The notes under the pieces: generated by a model
What the model was told of the DNA's origin: nothing
Seen by the model: the letters and a program-made list of their open reading frames with translations, nothing else
Database searches by the model: none
Shown here: positions 52,119 to 64,000 of the stretch, piece after piece
How the letters are laid out: each line of letters begins with the position of its first letter
Position numbering within the stretch: the first letter of the stretch is position 1
Program-made: the position numbers and the translations under genes
Assembly (NCBI GenBank): GCA_965153455.1
Contig: OZ234493.1
Span: 31,052,213 to 31,116,212, forward strand
Source of the DNA: Sphagnum compactum
Lineage: Eukaryota
DNA: 64,000 nucleotides
Direction of reading: 5' to 3'

Positions 52119-53499
52119 TTTAGGTGGAAAAGGGGTATGCCCAACATTACTATGAACTAGACTTATTGTGGGTATATTGATTGGGTATGTGAACACATAT
52201 TGACATGTCAATCACATAAAAATAATTAAAGTTTTTTTAAATATATGTTTGTAAGATAAGGGGAAATGTTATATATGTGTTGCAAAATTATCATTTATTC
52301 TATATGGCAAATGGTAGACAATCCAAATGGGTTCTAAAGGTATAAAAATAATAATTTTATATTCAAGCTACAACATGCAAAGACTAGAAATAAAACACCA
52401 AAAATAAAAACATTTAGTAATTAGTCAACATAAGTCAAACAAATTTGTCATAACCAATCACATTGCAATATGTGAAATTGCATATAAATTATAGGATGAT
52501 TATCGTAATTTGATAATTTATTTATCAAATTCTACAATTGCCCAACCCAAATAAATGCAAATTTCAAATAAACACCAATAGCCAAGTAAATGGGAAAAGA
52601 AATAGGGTACATGTGAAATGTTCACTACCTTACCTTAAAGTTAGTTTCATCATTAAATAATCCTTTAAATATCGAAATGAAATTTTGTGAAAATATGAAA
52701 TTGAAGTGTCGAAAACATAGTTTTCTTTTTCAATTTTGTGAGGTTGGTGGTATTTTAATGATCATAGGCAAGAAAATTTTGCCAAATTTTGCCAAATTTT
52801 GCTACATATCATGAAGGAAAGTAGAAAAATTTAAAGATTCCTACTTTAGATTGGTGCTAAAACCTATAGTCTAAATGTGATGAATTCAAACATTTTTTTC
52901 TCCAAATATGGCAATTTGGGGCCATTTTTCCATTAAAACCTTTGTACACTTGACATGGCACTTTGATTTGTCACCACAATGCAAAAATTCACCACAAAAA
53001 CAAACACTAGTTGAAATCATCATAATTATTGTATGTAACAATTTGAAAATTTTCACAATTCATATAACAATATCATAGTAAACAACTATAGATATGAAAT
53101 AATAATAACACTACTACAAATCTCGTCTTTTATGATTGGATTCTAGTCAAAACAAACATTTGGACAAACTAATTTTATAATAAAAAAACAACCAATAGTT
53201 TGAAACAACATAACATGTTAGTCATTTTAGACATGATTGAATTACTAGTTATGTACATTGTGTCATGTTTATTTTGATTGAAAATAAATAATTCCATCAT
53301 GTCTAAAATGACTAAACATTAAAATAGGTGCTAGTTGATATTGTTGACTAATTGGTAGCATAAATCATGATTATGATTTTTTTTATTTTTTTAAATTAAA
53401 TGATAAATAGGTAAACTTCTTCGAATCTTTGATGGGTTTAACAAACCTCACCACACCTTTTTTGAATTTAAATAGAATTCCCTGAATTTTCACCAAGCC

Positions 53500-54010
53500 A
53501 ATGCAAACCTCCCCTAGCTTAGGTAGGCTTCCATGAACCTCCTCAAGCCTAGGTAGGCCTCCTTAAACCTCCCCAAGCTTAAGTAGGCTTCTCCAAACCT
53601 CCTTGAACCTAGGTAGGGCTCCTTGAAGCTAAGTAGGGCCTAGGTAGGCTTTCCCAAACCTCCTTAAGCCTAAACAACCTACCTACCAATTTACTTGCTT
53701 AATTTACCCACTTACATTCCTACTTACCTATTTGCCTACATAGTTATAACCTACCTACTTACTTATTTCTCTACCTTTTTAGTTATAACCTAAACCTACC
53801 TACTTACTTACTTCTCTACCTTCTTAATTATAACCTAAACCTTCCTACTTACTAATTATTATACCTTTTTAATTATAACCTAGCTATAACCTACTTACCT
53901 ATTTACCTTTTTACCTACATAGTTATAACCTACCTACTTAATAACTTATCTACCTTCCTAGCTATAACTTACATACTTATCTACTCAATTATCTATTTCT
54001 TACCTACCAC
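53500..54010. repeat. Degenerate CCTAGGTAGG and TAACCTACCTAC minisatellites
   Basis: About 30-bp aacctcc..aagcctaggtaggc units followed by about 40-bp agttataacctacctactta units. Confidence 0.75.
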
Positions 54011-54799
54011 TACACCAAAATGCCTCCTAATTCATTCTGGGTTTCACTAAATTTTGAGAGAATTTGGACATTTTTACCATGGTGAAATTCGTTGACTCCT
54101 AATGAACATGGACCAGTTGTTATAAACAATGAATTGGTTCACTAGTACCTAGTGAAACAAGGTTACCTTCAAATGAAATACAAATTTACCAAACCATTCA
54201 CTTGTTAGTTAATTAACTAGACAACATGGAAATCAATTAAATTTAAATTATTTAATATATAATATTATTGATAATTTCATGATTTTTAAACCTATGAATT
54301 ATTAACATGTGTCACTACCTAGGCTAAGTTAAAAACATAACCTAGGTACATAGGCCACGTAATCAACCTAAGCACCCACTCTAAAAAATTAGATAGGAGA
54401 ATATTCGATCAACTTACCATTGTTGACAACACACATCACTTGTGAGGTTTGGTCCCTTAACCTTTAAAAAGGAAGCAACACTTGTACCATCAAGCCACCC
54501 CACTTGTTGTGATATTATTTTACATTTCATTCTATTTTTCAAATACTTAAACATTAAGAAAAATTAAAAACTTTGAAAATTCATATCTTCTTAGGATTTT
54601 GTTCAAATGAAATGATTCAAGTTTACTTTTTTTTTTAATTCAATAATGTACATAATTACATTTATTTCCTTCTGAAAGTGTAAAATCATTTGAACAATTT
54701 TTTTTATTTGAATATCAGTATTCAATAACATTTCAATGACCATTCTTTTGAAAAAGAAAATGTTTAATAAATGGATAAAATTTTTACTATTGCCTATGT

Positions 54800-55390
54800 T
54801 AAGTTACTTTCAGCTATTATAGGGCTACTTTTCATTAATCTAAATTATTTCACCCTACATTATTTATGGCTATTGATAGTTATTTTCAATTATTTTTGGC
54901 TATTTTTGGTTATTTCACCCTAGGTTACTTTTGATTATTCTAAGTTATTTTTTGTTATTTTAACCTATTTCACCTTAGGTTATTTTTGGCTATTGTAAGT
55001 TATTTTTGGTTATTTTGCGTTATTTTTGGCTATTATAAATTATTTCACCCTAAATTATTTTTGGCAATTCTAAATAATTTTAATATATGGTTGTTGCTAG
55101 TTATTCTATTGGTGGCTATTGTTTGTTCTTGTATCAGGGCTATTGGTGACTATTAATAGTTATTCTATTAGTGGTTATTAGTAATTATTTTATTGGTGGT
55201 TATTAATGGTTATTTTATTAATGGTTACTAGTAATTATTCTATTAGTGGTTATTGGTGGTTATTATAAGCTAAATTACCATGGGCTATTAATGGCTATTG
55301 GTGATTATTCTATTAATCGATATTAATAGTTATTATATTGGTGGTTATCAATGGCTATCATATTACTAGCTATGATATTAATGGTTATTG
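54800..55390. repeat. AT-rich degenerate minisatellite (GG[CT]TATT units) ending abruptly at the LTR
   Basis: Repeated ggttatt, ggctatt and tttcaccct motifs run up to 55390. Confidence 0.75.
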
Positions 55391-55943
55391 TGTCATGCCC
55401 GTATGCATGGCTTCATATATGACGGCCGGTTACGGGCATGCCAATCATGCCTTTTAAGGTTAATGTATGTTCTTAGGATTAATGTACATTTTTAGGTTAT
55501 TGTACGCTATTAGGCGTTTTAAGGTTATGGCTTGTTTACGATTTCAGCTTGTTGGTGTCTGTATAAAAGGCCAAGCTCTTCCCTTCTCTTATTAGTTTTT
55601 CTAGAATCTTTTTGTCGAGGAGAGTTTTTTCCATAGTCAGATTAGATTTTTAGATGCTCACGGCAACTATTACACGACCATCGTTTACATACACTACGTT
55701 TTCTTCCCTTCTTTACAATTTAATTCTAGAAAAACTACTTTTTGTTGCTTAATGTTGAAAGCGGCAGATTTTTTTAGCAATAAATTTTTGGGTTTCTTTT
55801 TGCTATTGGTGTGTTACTACTGGTGTTGTTCTTACTGCTAGTGTTGCAACTTCTAAAGGGAGCTTGTGCTGTTACACCTCTGCTAACCAATGGAGTCGAG
55901 ATCGGAAGAGCTAGGAAGAGTGAGACCAAACGGGGGAGTGACA
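55391..55943 (+). mobile_element. LTR (553 bp) of a truncated LTR retrotransposon
   Basis: TGTCA...TGACA termini and an internal TATAAAA at about 55562. Followed by a gag-like remnant. A second copy starts at 63665. No clean PBS (catcttagagc follows). Confidence 0.8.
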
Positions 55944-56259
55944 CATCTTAGAGCAGGTTTCAAAGCCTTTTTTTTCTTTCTCTCTCTTTTTTTTTCGCGC
56001 ATACAGACATAGGATGATAAGTAAGGAAAAAAAATTTGGGGCATGGGACAACACCATGTCCTCGAATGATGAGAGCACTACCGTTCAGCCAGAGCCAAGG
56101 TATCAACTACGAAGTAACACACAATCATTTGAGCCGTTTTCTTTAAGCTCATAATCTTCATGACGGTACCATCAAGCGTCTACAACGCCACCGTCATCTA
56201 GTACAATTCCTACCATTCAGGTTCAGGTTACATTACATCAACGATACATCAGAGTCCAT

Positions 56260-57570
56260 TTGGAGGGGTTAATCAATGGGGTACGCTTATTGCCGCACCT
56301 GCTTTCACACCATCACCGTATATTTCATTGCAAGCCATTACCTCTACACCCATATACACCATGGAGGTCAGCAATTCTTCTGGGAGAATTGAAAAATTTA
56401 GTGGTAGGCCAGGTACACATTTCTTTGAGGGAATTCACGGCAACTTTCTTAACTGTGGTTTGTGAATTGGAGCTCAAGTATGGTGTTAATTACACCGAGG
56501 CGTTCGCATTCAAACAACTTGCCCGTTATGTGCACTATGAGGCATTGGATGTTTACGAACAACATTCTTCAAGGATTTTGGGCGTCAACCAGATCCCCAA
56601 TCCAGCTTATGCCACAGCTATCACCACCGCCTCTCAAGCAGCACTGCAAGCTGCCATTTCACATCATGGGATTGTGCCCAATAATCCGAATCCGACGCCT
56701 ACTTTAGTAAACCTTTCTCCTCAACAACTCATTGTTGCTACTGTAAACATCCCTCCCACCATCAATGCATCAGCTTTTGCTGATCCAGTGGGGGAATTCT
56801 TTCGAATTCTTGAGCTGGAATTTTCGGTCAAAAGTTCTGAAAAAATTCTGTAGTTCGCCACCTTCTCTCAGCCGAAAGAGGAAACCCTCAAGATGTTTTA
56901 CAAAAGGCTTCTCAAGCTCAAAGAGAATACTCAGAGCATCACAGACGTGGAAGTTGCCCATCGGTATCTTCGTTCGTTGCAAGGTACTCCGACATTGCAT
57001 GCGCATGTTTTGCAACGGGTTTTTGTAAAATTTGGAGACCCATCCATTTTGCTAATGTGTACAACATTTTTGAAAAGCTGGAATTGGCTCATGCACACTA
57101 TGAGGCCAGTACTATGAGGCCTCCATCACATTCAAGGTTTCAGCCTCCACCAGCTGCACCAACCAGATCATCACATTCTTTTTCAAGGGCTAAAGCAGTG
57201 CGCTCGGTTGCACCCATCCTACTTTCTTGCAACTATTGTGGCAATCCTGCTCACAAAGTTAGTGAGTGCAACATTCCTTCCTAGGATTTCCTTTGTGATT
57301 ATTGTGGGAAAGAGGCACATTAGGAAGCTGTTTGTATTGCCAAGTTCTCGAAACGTAAGCAACTCCGATTACCACGGTAAAATCTCCCAGCATCTTCCAT
57401 TGCCCCTCAACCAAAAGCCAAGGCACCTCGGCCTTCCACTTAAGCTTTCCCCACCAACGATAATTCTAGTAAAAATGATAAGAAGAAGGAGCACAACGCT
57501 AACAAGAGGGAGGTGCTTCAAGCCCATACCACTCAAGTTCAAACTCTACAACATGAACTCGAATCATTGA
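56260..57570 (+). pseudogene. Decayed gag-like ORF with two CCHC zinc knuckles; no recognisable pol
   Basis: Stop- and frameshift-broken frames contain Q...ETLKMFYKRLLKL, CNYCGNPAHKVSEC (57228-57269) and CDYCGKEAH*EAVC (from 57294). Lies directly downstream of the LTR. Confidence 0.8.
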
Positions 57571-58939
57571 AAGCCCAACTTGCTGCAAATCTTCCCAACC
57601 AACTAGTCATGCCCAACCTGTACAAGGTTCAGGAGCACGGGAGGGACCTCCTAGGTCATTTTATGGCCTCCAACACGATGCCATGGTTGGGGAGTATGTT
57701 CTTTCTAGTGCACACAATTTTAATCTCACACCAGAATTTGCCATTTCTTTTTGCCCTTCCTACTTCGCGACACAAAAGGCTAGTGTGGCACCTAGAGTTT
57801 CTGCCACTAGGCAGGTAATTTAGACTGATGGACTCCTATCTAGTTCAAGTATTATTACCAAGGCTAAAGGAGCTCGAGCAATCATGCCACAATCTTATCA
57901 TCCTCTCAACACGGAAGAAGAACTCACTTTTGTTGGCGAGAAGGGAGGAGATTATTACACCACAAGCTGTTAAGGCATCAAATTTTCGTGTCCCAGGAGT
58001 ACATGTACATAAGGAAAACACACAATTTTCCACTGATCAGCTTATGGAGTGCCAACTTCAAATGCGTGAAGTGGCGTAAAAGATTGTGAGTACACCGTTG
58101 TTTAGTTTTCAAGATTTGAAGTTAAACACCAGGGACAAAATTGCAGTACTAAAAGATACCCTAAACACTACATTAGGTCCTCTACCAATCCCTAATCCAC
58201 ATGCTACAGGGGTCCCATCTTTTGTTGTTCATCAACACCACGAAAGGAGGAGAAAGTGTATGTTGTTTAAGCTTGCCCTATTCTTGTGTTTTTTTATTTA
58301 TGTATATATGGGTTATAAATTATTCCCATTAAGGATTTGCTTGACTTAACACTTGCAAGTGTAATTATGGTTTCAAAACAAATGCCTACGTTTTGTTGTA
58401 AATAAATTCTAAAAAAAAGTTAGGGAATTAAGACTTAAATAACTTTAGGGTTTAATAAGAGGTTGTGATAGCAATTGATACCTGATTTGTTGATACATGA
58501 TAGAGTCTTCAATACTGCAACAATATATGAACTGTAATATGTATGCAATTCTACTATTGCAAACAAAACACACTACTAAAAATAATCTCTTTACCCAAAA
58601 ATGTTTTTTTGAAAACCATGTCTTCAGCAAGTTTACAAAACTCCAACTTCCTCACAAAAATATTTGTAATATATATAACACAAAATTACTAGCACCAATT
58701 TGCATACCAAATTAGACAGTTACAATTTTGTGGGTGTGGGTTTTTATTATGGAGATGTGAGATGATCTCTTTCATGTTTGTCTCCATAGGACAAGTTGAG
58801 AATATGATGTACAATTCATCTTAATATTTTAACTATTGAAGAAGGTTGTTTGTTTGTTTATTTTGTCACATCGAGATCTCCCAAATCACAAGATTCTCCC
58901 TACAGTGGCACCCAGCAGATGCTTTTTTAATGTTTAGAC

Positions 58940-59161
58940 CAGTGTTTTTTTCTTCTTTTTTGGCGATTTTTTGGCATTTGGTGAAAAACAATTCTGGAAA
59001 ATCGCCATGTTTCCACACACTGTTCAAGCAAGCAGTCAGGATATGTAAGGATTTTTAAGAAATTTCTACTTTCATAAGCTGGTTTATAGCCAAATGTGGC
59101 TAAATCTCCTTCTGGATGATTGCCAATGTGACGACATCACAAAATTGAAAGAAAAGAACCG
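58940..59161. mobile_element. hAT-type MITE (222 bp)
   Basis: Begins cagtgttttt with a degenerate right end aaagaaccg. Perfect 8-bp TSD gtttagac at 58932-58939 and 59162-59169. Confidence 0.8.
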
Positions 59162-59880
59162 GTTTAGACCTGCCATGTAGGAGTTGTTGATTTTTTAGTA
59201 TTTCACACTGAAAAATAAATAAAAACAATAATCAATAACCTAGGGAATTTGCGAGTGCACCCTATGTATGGATAGAGAGCCCTCAATGAGCACAGGTGCA
59301 CCACCCAGATGGTTTCATAATTTTCAGACCTTCGGACCATGCCGTGAGAGGTATTGAATTCTGAATACTGTAAAGATGAAGACAAGATGAGTACATTCTG
59401 GGAACATGTAGTCAATTTCACAATCAGGCTTTGTGAGAGTCAACTGCATTTTGTTTGTGAGATTTACAGACTGACCTTGAAGCTTCCAATTGTTGTCACC
59501 TTCCCTTCTCACAGCCACCCATGCCACAATGTGAATTGCCTCCATATCCATGTCTTTGTATTCCTCCCAACTTAAGCTTAAAAGCTCCTTACTGCCTGAC
59601 AATGATGGGACATATATATATATCCATTCCGTCGTTCAGCTCTTGCGGCCATCATTCATGAACTTTAGTTCTCAATGAAAATGTCTGATATTTCTTTCTT
59701 ACGATTTCTGTGATGTGGAAGTGAGAGGGAGCGGATGTGGCAATCAGAAAGTGTGTATTGAGAAAAATGAATTCTTAAAGACTATGAGCTGGTCTTTCAA
59801 TTGAAAAATTTCCTAACTCTCTCCTGTACAGAATACTGAGACAGTCTGTAACTGGTGCAAAGATGCACACAAATGAAAGC

Positions 59881-60963
59881 CTACCATATGGATGTGTGAC
59901 TATCCATCTTGTAGGAAAAGCTGTCATGTGCTTGAAACTCTGAACCCAATTCCAGTAGCCCAGAGTTACGCGTACATTCAGGGTGTGGATCTGGGTATCT
60001 GTAGACATCAGTGCAGTAATCATACACTAACATATTCTCTGTCACCCATTGCAATCGAACCAACTGTTCAACATCCAGGTCCTGGATTGTAGCCTTGTTC
60101 AGCAATGCATCAGAATTCCTTGAGATGCAGGGAGCTATATGTCCCTTGTACCAAGGCACCTCACATCCTTGCACATCATAACCTCGGTATCTTGCTGCAA
60201 ATGGTGCTTTAGCCCAGTTCAATTTTATAGCTCCAGATTGAGTTGCCCATTCCTCACCATTCCACAAGCTGGCAAACACACTCATTGGCTGTCGACATGG
60301 GTATGGTACACCCAAGTCCTCATTGTTTCTGTACACTCGGATAGGTGTTTCATCCACCATGAAAATGATGATCTTCTTGTTCCAGTGAATGGTGTAGTTA
60401 TGGAAATCAGCTGTCGGGTCAAACCATAATTTGATGCGCTGCTCCCGATCTCCAACTCCAGCTGCATACACATTGGTTTGCAGTACATACGGCTTGCCAA
60501 TCTCATTTCCCAAGAACTCAAAATCAAGCTCATCATGCTTCCCACTCAAAGACGATGTGTAGAAAGTGGTGACAGTTCCTGCCGAATCACCAGGATGCAG
60601 CTTCATTTGAATACTGATGCGCCCAAACAAGTACCTGGTATTAGAGGCAAATCCTGCAGCAGCTACCCTGTCAAGGACGAGCTCTGCAACCTCACCTTTC
60701 TCTAATAGCTTGTAATGATCTGCATCTGCTGTGCTCCAGAAATGGCTACAGAACATTGAGTCTGGGCTTGCTGGCCCTCTGTCCATAGATGATTGCACTG
60801 ACATTATTGCTGAGATGAATACCAGAATTGCTAACAGTAAGTGGCAGTCACATTTTGATTCCGGCATTGCCAATCTTGATTGCTGCAGATTATTCCCATC
60901 ATTGCATTCCATTAATCTTCTCTCCATAGCTGCAAGCAATGCAGCCCAGGAAAAAAAACCCAT
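59881..60963 (-). CDS. XTH: Xyloglucan endotransglucosylase/hydrolase (GH16 plus XET C-terminal domain), single coding exon
   Basis: Uninterrupted 360-aa ORF with GDSAGTVTTFY, catalytic HDELDFEFLGN, REQRIKLWFDPTADFH, SLWNGEEWAT and YDYCTD..RYP...PEC. ATG 60867 (MPESK) precedes a signal-peptide-like segment and may be the real start. Confidence 0.96.
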   Translation of the reverse strand: MGFFSWAALLAAMERRLMECNDGNNLQQSRLAMPESKCDCHLLLAILVFISAIMSVQSSMDRGPASPDSMFCSHFWSTADADHYKLLEKGEVAELVLDRVAAAGFASNTRYLFGRISIQMKLHPGDSAGTVTTFYTSSLSGKHDELDFEFLGNEIGKPYVLQTNVYAAGVGDREQRIKLWFDPTADFHNYTIHWNKKIIIFMVDETPIRVYRNNEDLGVPYPCRQPMSVFASLWNGEEWATQSGAIKLNWAKAPFAARYRGYDVQGCEVPWYKGHIAPCISRNSDALLNKATIQDLDVEQLVRLQWVTENMLVYDYCTDVYRYPDPHPECTRNSGLLELGSEFQAHDSFSYKMDSHTSIW

Positions 60964-62278
60964 CCCTCTGGAATATTCAGATTTACATGCAGCAGGGCTC
61001 TCTCAATTCAACAAGCCACAGAAAATGCAAGTCCAAACTTAACAAGAGCAACGTCTCCCTCAGTTGATCTCAAAATATTGAACTACAACGCCTAAAAAAA
61101 TTAATTGTTTGCATTTCTATGTAGCAGCTTTTGAAGATCCCTGGGGTACAACAGTCTTTGAAAAAGATGCTGTGAGCAGTAGCAGCAGACATCGAAAGGG
61201 GGAAAAGTTAACTGCAGTCAGTAGGAGCACCACAACAAGGAGCGCCGGCAACAACACATCATGCAAAAAGAAAACCCAGTTCTCGAAAACCTAAGAAAAA
61301 GACGACACAGAAAAAACAAGACCCATGAGGGCCTTGAAGCTAGACATGTCTCATGACCAAACAAACCCATGTTGCATGATGTGGAGTAAAGGATGCAAGG
61401 AGGATTCCAGCACTCAAATGCATGTGTAGCAGTAGAAGTAGATATTCTGTGAGTACCGCGTACCTTCTTAAACCTGGGAAAGCTGCAACTCAGGTTGTTG
61501 ATGTACACTACTCTCAAGCAGGCAGTCCCCTCTCTGGGAATGTGTGGGGTGGGGATCTGATAGCTCCACTGCTTCCCCAGAGTACGAAAGATTTGGTTTA
61601 TTGCGGCCGTGCAACTACTGCTACGTGTTGTTTACTAGTTCTTCTCTCCTTGCTACACATACTACGTGTTTGCCGCTTGGGTTTTTCTTCCAAGAAGAAA
61701 TAAGCGCCAAGCCAAGCGGCTATTATACCCTTTCCTTGCAGTTAGTTGTTCCTGGTCAGGCAAAAAAGCTACTCTCAGAAGCACCTCTCTCTCAGCAGCT
61801 CTGCGTCATTCTCGACATTCCTGGCATGGAGTTCGGGGGGCACGGCTACTTTACACTTGGGAAACGGACAGATGTGAGCTGACACTTTTGACCCTTTGTT
61901 TGCGTCGTCGAGTCGAGAGGAAGCGCGTCGCTTAGTATAGGCTACAACCTCACAACGCCAACGTCGAAGGTGTTGTTGATCATCTCCCCCGAGGTTGGCG
62001 CAGTCCAGCGTCAGACAGGGAACAGACGACGGTGGAATCACGCCGCATCAACAGCACAAGACACCCACCCCCACGAAGCAAACAGAAGCCCAAAAAAAGC
62101 GAAGCAAATCAAAGGTGTCACAACACGCACGCAGGCGCAGACCCCGCCCATTGAATAAATGTATTTGGGTATTTATATGTATGATGGTGTTTTTTATATT
62201 AGAAAATTATGGATGTGTTTTTTTTAATTATGTATTGTGTACTATTTATTTGTGAGTATTATTTCCAAATTTGAAGTT

Positions 62279-62960
62279 TCATAATACACATGTCCAAATA
62301 ATTATGTGGTTAATATTATGTTGTGTCATTTGGGAAGTAAATTTTGGGACATAGCCTTGTAATTTAAACACAATGTGTATGGGTTTATGATCTCTCCAAT
62401 AAGTTTCAAAATTATCTTGTTGTATTAGTGCATTGGTCCATATGTGATCTATTTGAGTGTTATAAATAGTAACTATTTTGAAAAAAACAAGTCTTAAACC
62501 ATATATCCATAAAATTTTGTAGTTCCATTGATTGTAATGTGTTTGTTAACATGTTTATATTGAAATTCCCAATTATTATAGTTGGACAATGCATAATTAT
62601 TTTTTGGACAATAGTTTTTTAAATGGAAAGGAATAAGATAGTAGCATATTTGGGAGTTTATAAATTGTAATTACATGTATAGCTTCTCACGTATTTTATT
62701 AAAGGTTGCGACAATGAATTTGTTATTGAAATTATGTTTGACAAAGAGATCATTTCATCATAAAGTATCATTATTCCATGTTGATCATAACAAGATATTA
62801 AATTTGTTATTTAGTATAGCATTGTGAATTTTTTGGTATGTATAAATATTTTGTATTATTGTTTCATTAAAACAAAGAATATATGATGCAAATAAGTTTT
62901 GATTTACAAGGATGTCTTGGAAATGTAAAGAATGAGAGTTAAGGGATTGATAGGTAAAGG
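62279..62960 (-). pseudogene. Decayed AP-endonuclease-like (Exo_endo_phos) domain, probably from a Helentron-type element
   Basis: Broken minus-strand frames read SLNSHSL, ILCFNET, TIYKLP, IIIGNFNINML, TQIDHIWTN and YWRDHKPIHI, in the order of the APE-fold motifs. The frame ends shortly after DHKP and no RT follows. Confidence 0.75.
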
Positions 62961-63664
62961 TAATATTATATGAAGAGTGGAAAAAAAAAAAAAAGTAACA
63001 AGGTGAGTTATTGAAGCTCAAAAATAGTCAGGATATGGATACGTAGCAAGATTTAATGGTACAAGTTGATAGAAAAGTATAGAGTGACAAGTTGTGACTA
63101 TTGCAAGCCAATGATGTAAGTCGACAACCAACCTAACAAGCCAATAGACCTGACATACCATCCAATCCAGTCATTTAAGGCCTCTGGGTTGCCTTGCAGC
63201 TAATCAATGATGGTTGAACCAACAAGCAGTTAAGCAAATAAAATAAGTTATAACCACCAAGAAGACTTTGTATAAAGGGCACGAAGTCCAATAGTTTTGG
63301 GTTCGCCATTTTTGATAAATAGGCGTTCCAACAATTTAGAGATAGGACACTGTAAATGAAACATGGATTTCCAAGGACATTGTGTGCATGTGTGCGTGTG
63401 TGTGTGTGTGTGTCTATCTATCTGTGTGAGTAGTTTAATCTGTGGCAAGGGCAGATTTGGGAGCAATGTTAGAGCGAGGTTTATGAACTAGTAAAACATC
63501 AATAAAAAAAAGTAAAGCAATGAGGTAATCTACCAAGAAAGCTCGGACCATGGGGTACGTGGTACTTTAATGGATGGCACAAGGAAGAACCCAACAGTTT
63601 ATGAGAGGGGGAAAATGTATATAAAATTAATAAGCTAACATTTGGCGACCATGCTAGGGAATGT

Positions 63665-64000
63665 TGTCATGCCCGTATGCATGGTTTCATACATGAGGTC
63701 GTTTATGGGCATGCCATTCATGCCTTTTAGGGTTAATGTACGCTCTTAGGGTTAGTGTACGTTCTTAAGTTACTGTACATTATTAAGTGTTTAGGGTTTC
63801 AACTTATTGGCAACTATATAAAAGGCAAAGCCCTTCCCTTCTCTTGTTAGTTTTTCTAGAATTCCTTTGTCACGGAAAGTTTTCTCCATAATAGATTGGA
63901 TTTCTAGATGCTCACAACGGCCATTACACGACCACCGTTTACATACACTTCTTTTCTTTCCTTCTTTGCAACTCAATTTTAGAAAAACTATTCTCTATCA
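63665..64000 (+). mobile_element. Second copy of the LTR at 55391 (runs off the window end)
   Basis: tgtcatgcccgtatgcatgg... is collinear with 55391-55745, roughly 80% identical by eye, with one indel of about 20 bp. Confidence 0.88.

Overview
AT-rich, repeat-dense eukaryotic nuclear DNA from a land plant. A bryophyte (moss-like) origin is my inference from gene content and repeat landscape and is not proven. Four host genes are supportable. (1) The last coding exon of chloroplast SRP54 at the left edge, which the ORF track misses. (2) A two-exon AVT3/ANT1-type amino-acid transporter. (3) A three-exon class III peroxidase with N- and C-terminal extensions. (4) A minus-strand xyloglucan endotransglucosylase/hydrolase (XTH, GH16) with no intron in its CDS. 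Most of the rest is decayed and often nested transposable elements: a pogo-like DDE element, a 5-kb hAT element with TIRs and an 8-bp TSD, a CRE-like non-LTR fragment, Helitron-like pieces, a Helentron-like endonuclease remnant, two copies of one LTR with a gag remnant, at least four MITE families, and many tandem and inverted repeats. I found no convincing previously undescribed biological system. The best leads are the intronless XTH lying between two same-orientation LTR copies, the peroxidase RRSLL propeptide, the AKRK variant of the cpSRP43-binding tail, and unusual TE lineages. All alignments and translations outside the supplied ORF track were done by eye, so boundaries of degenerate repeats are approximate.
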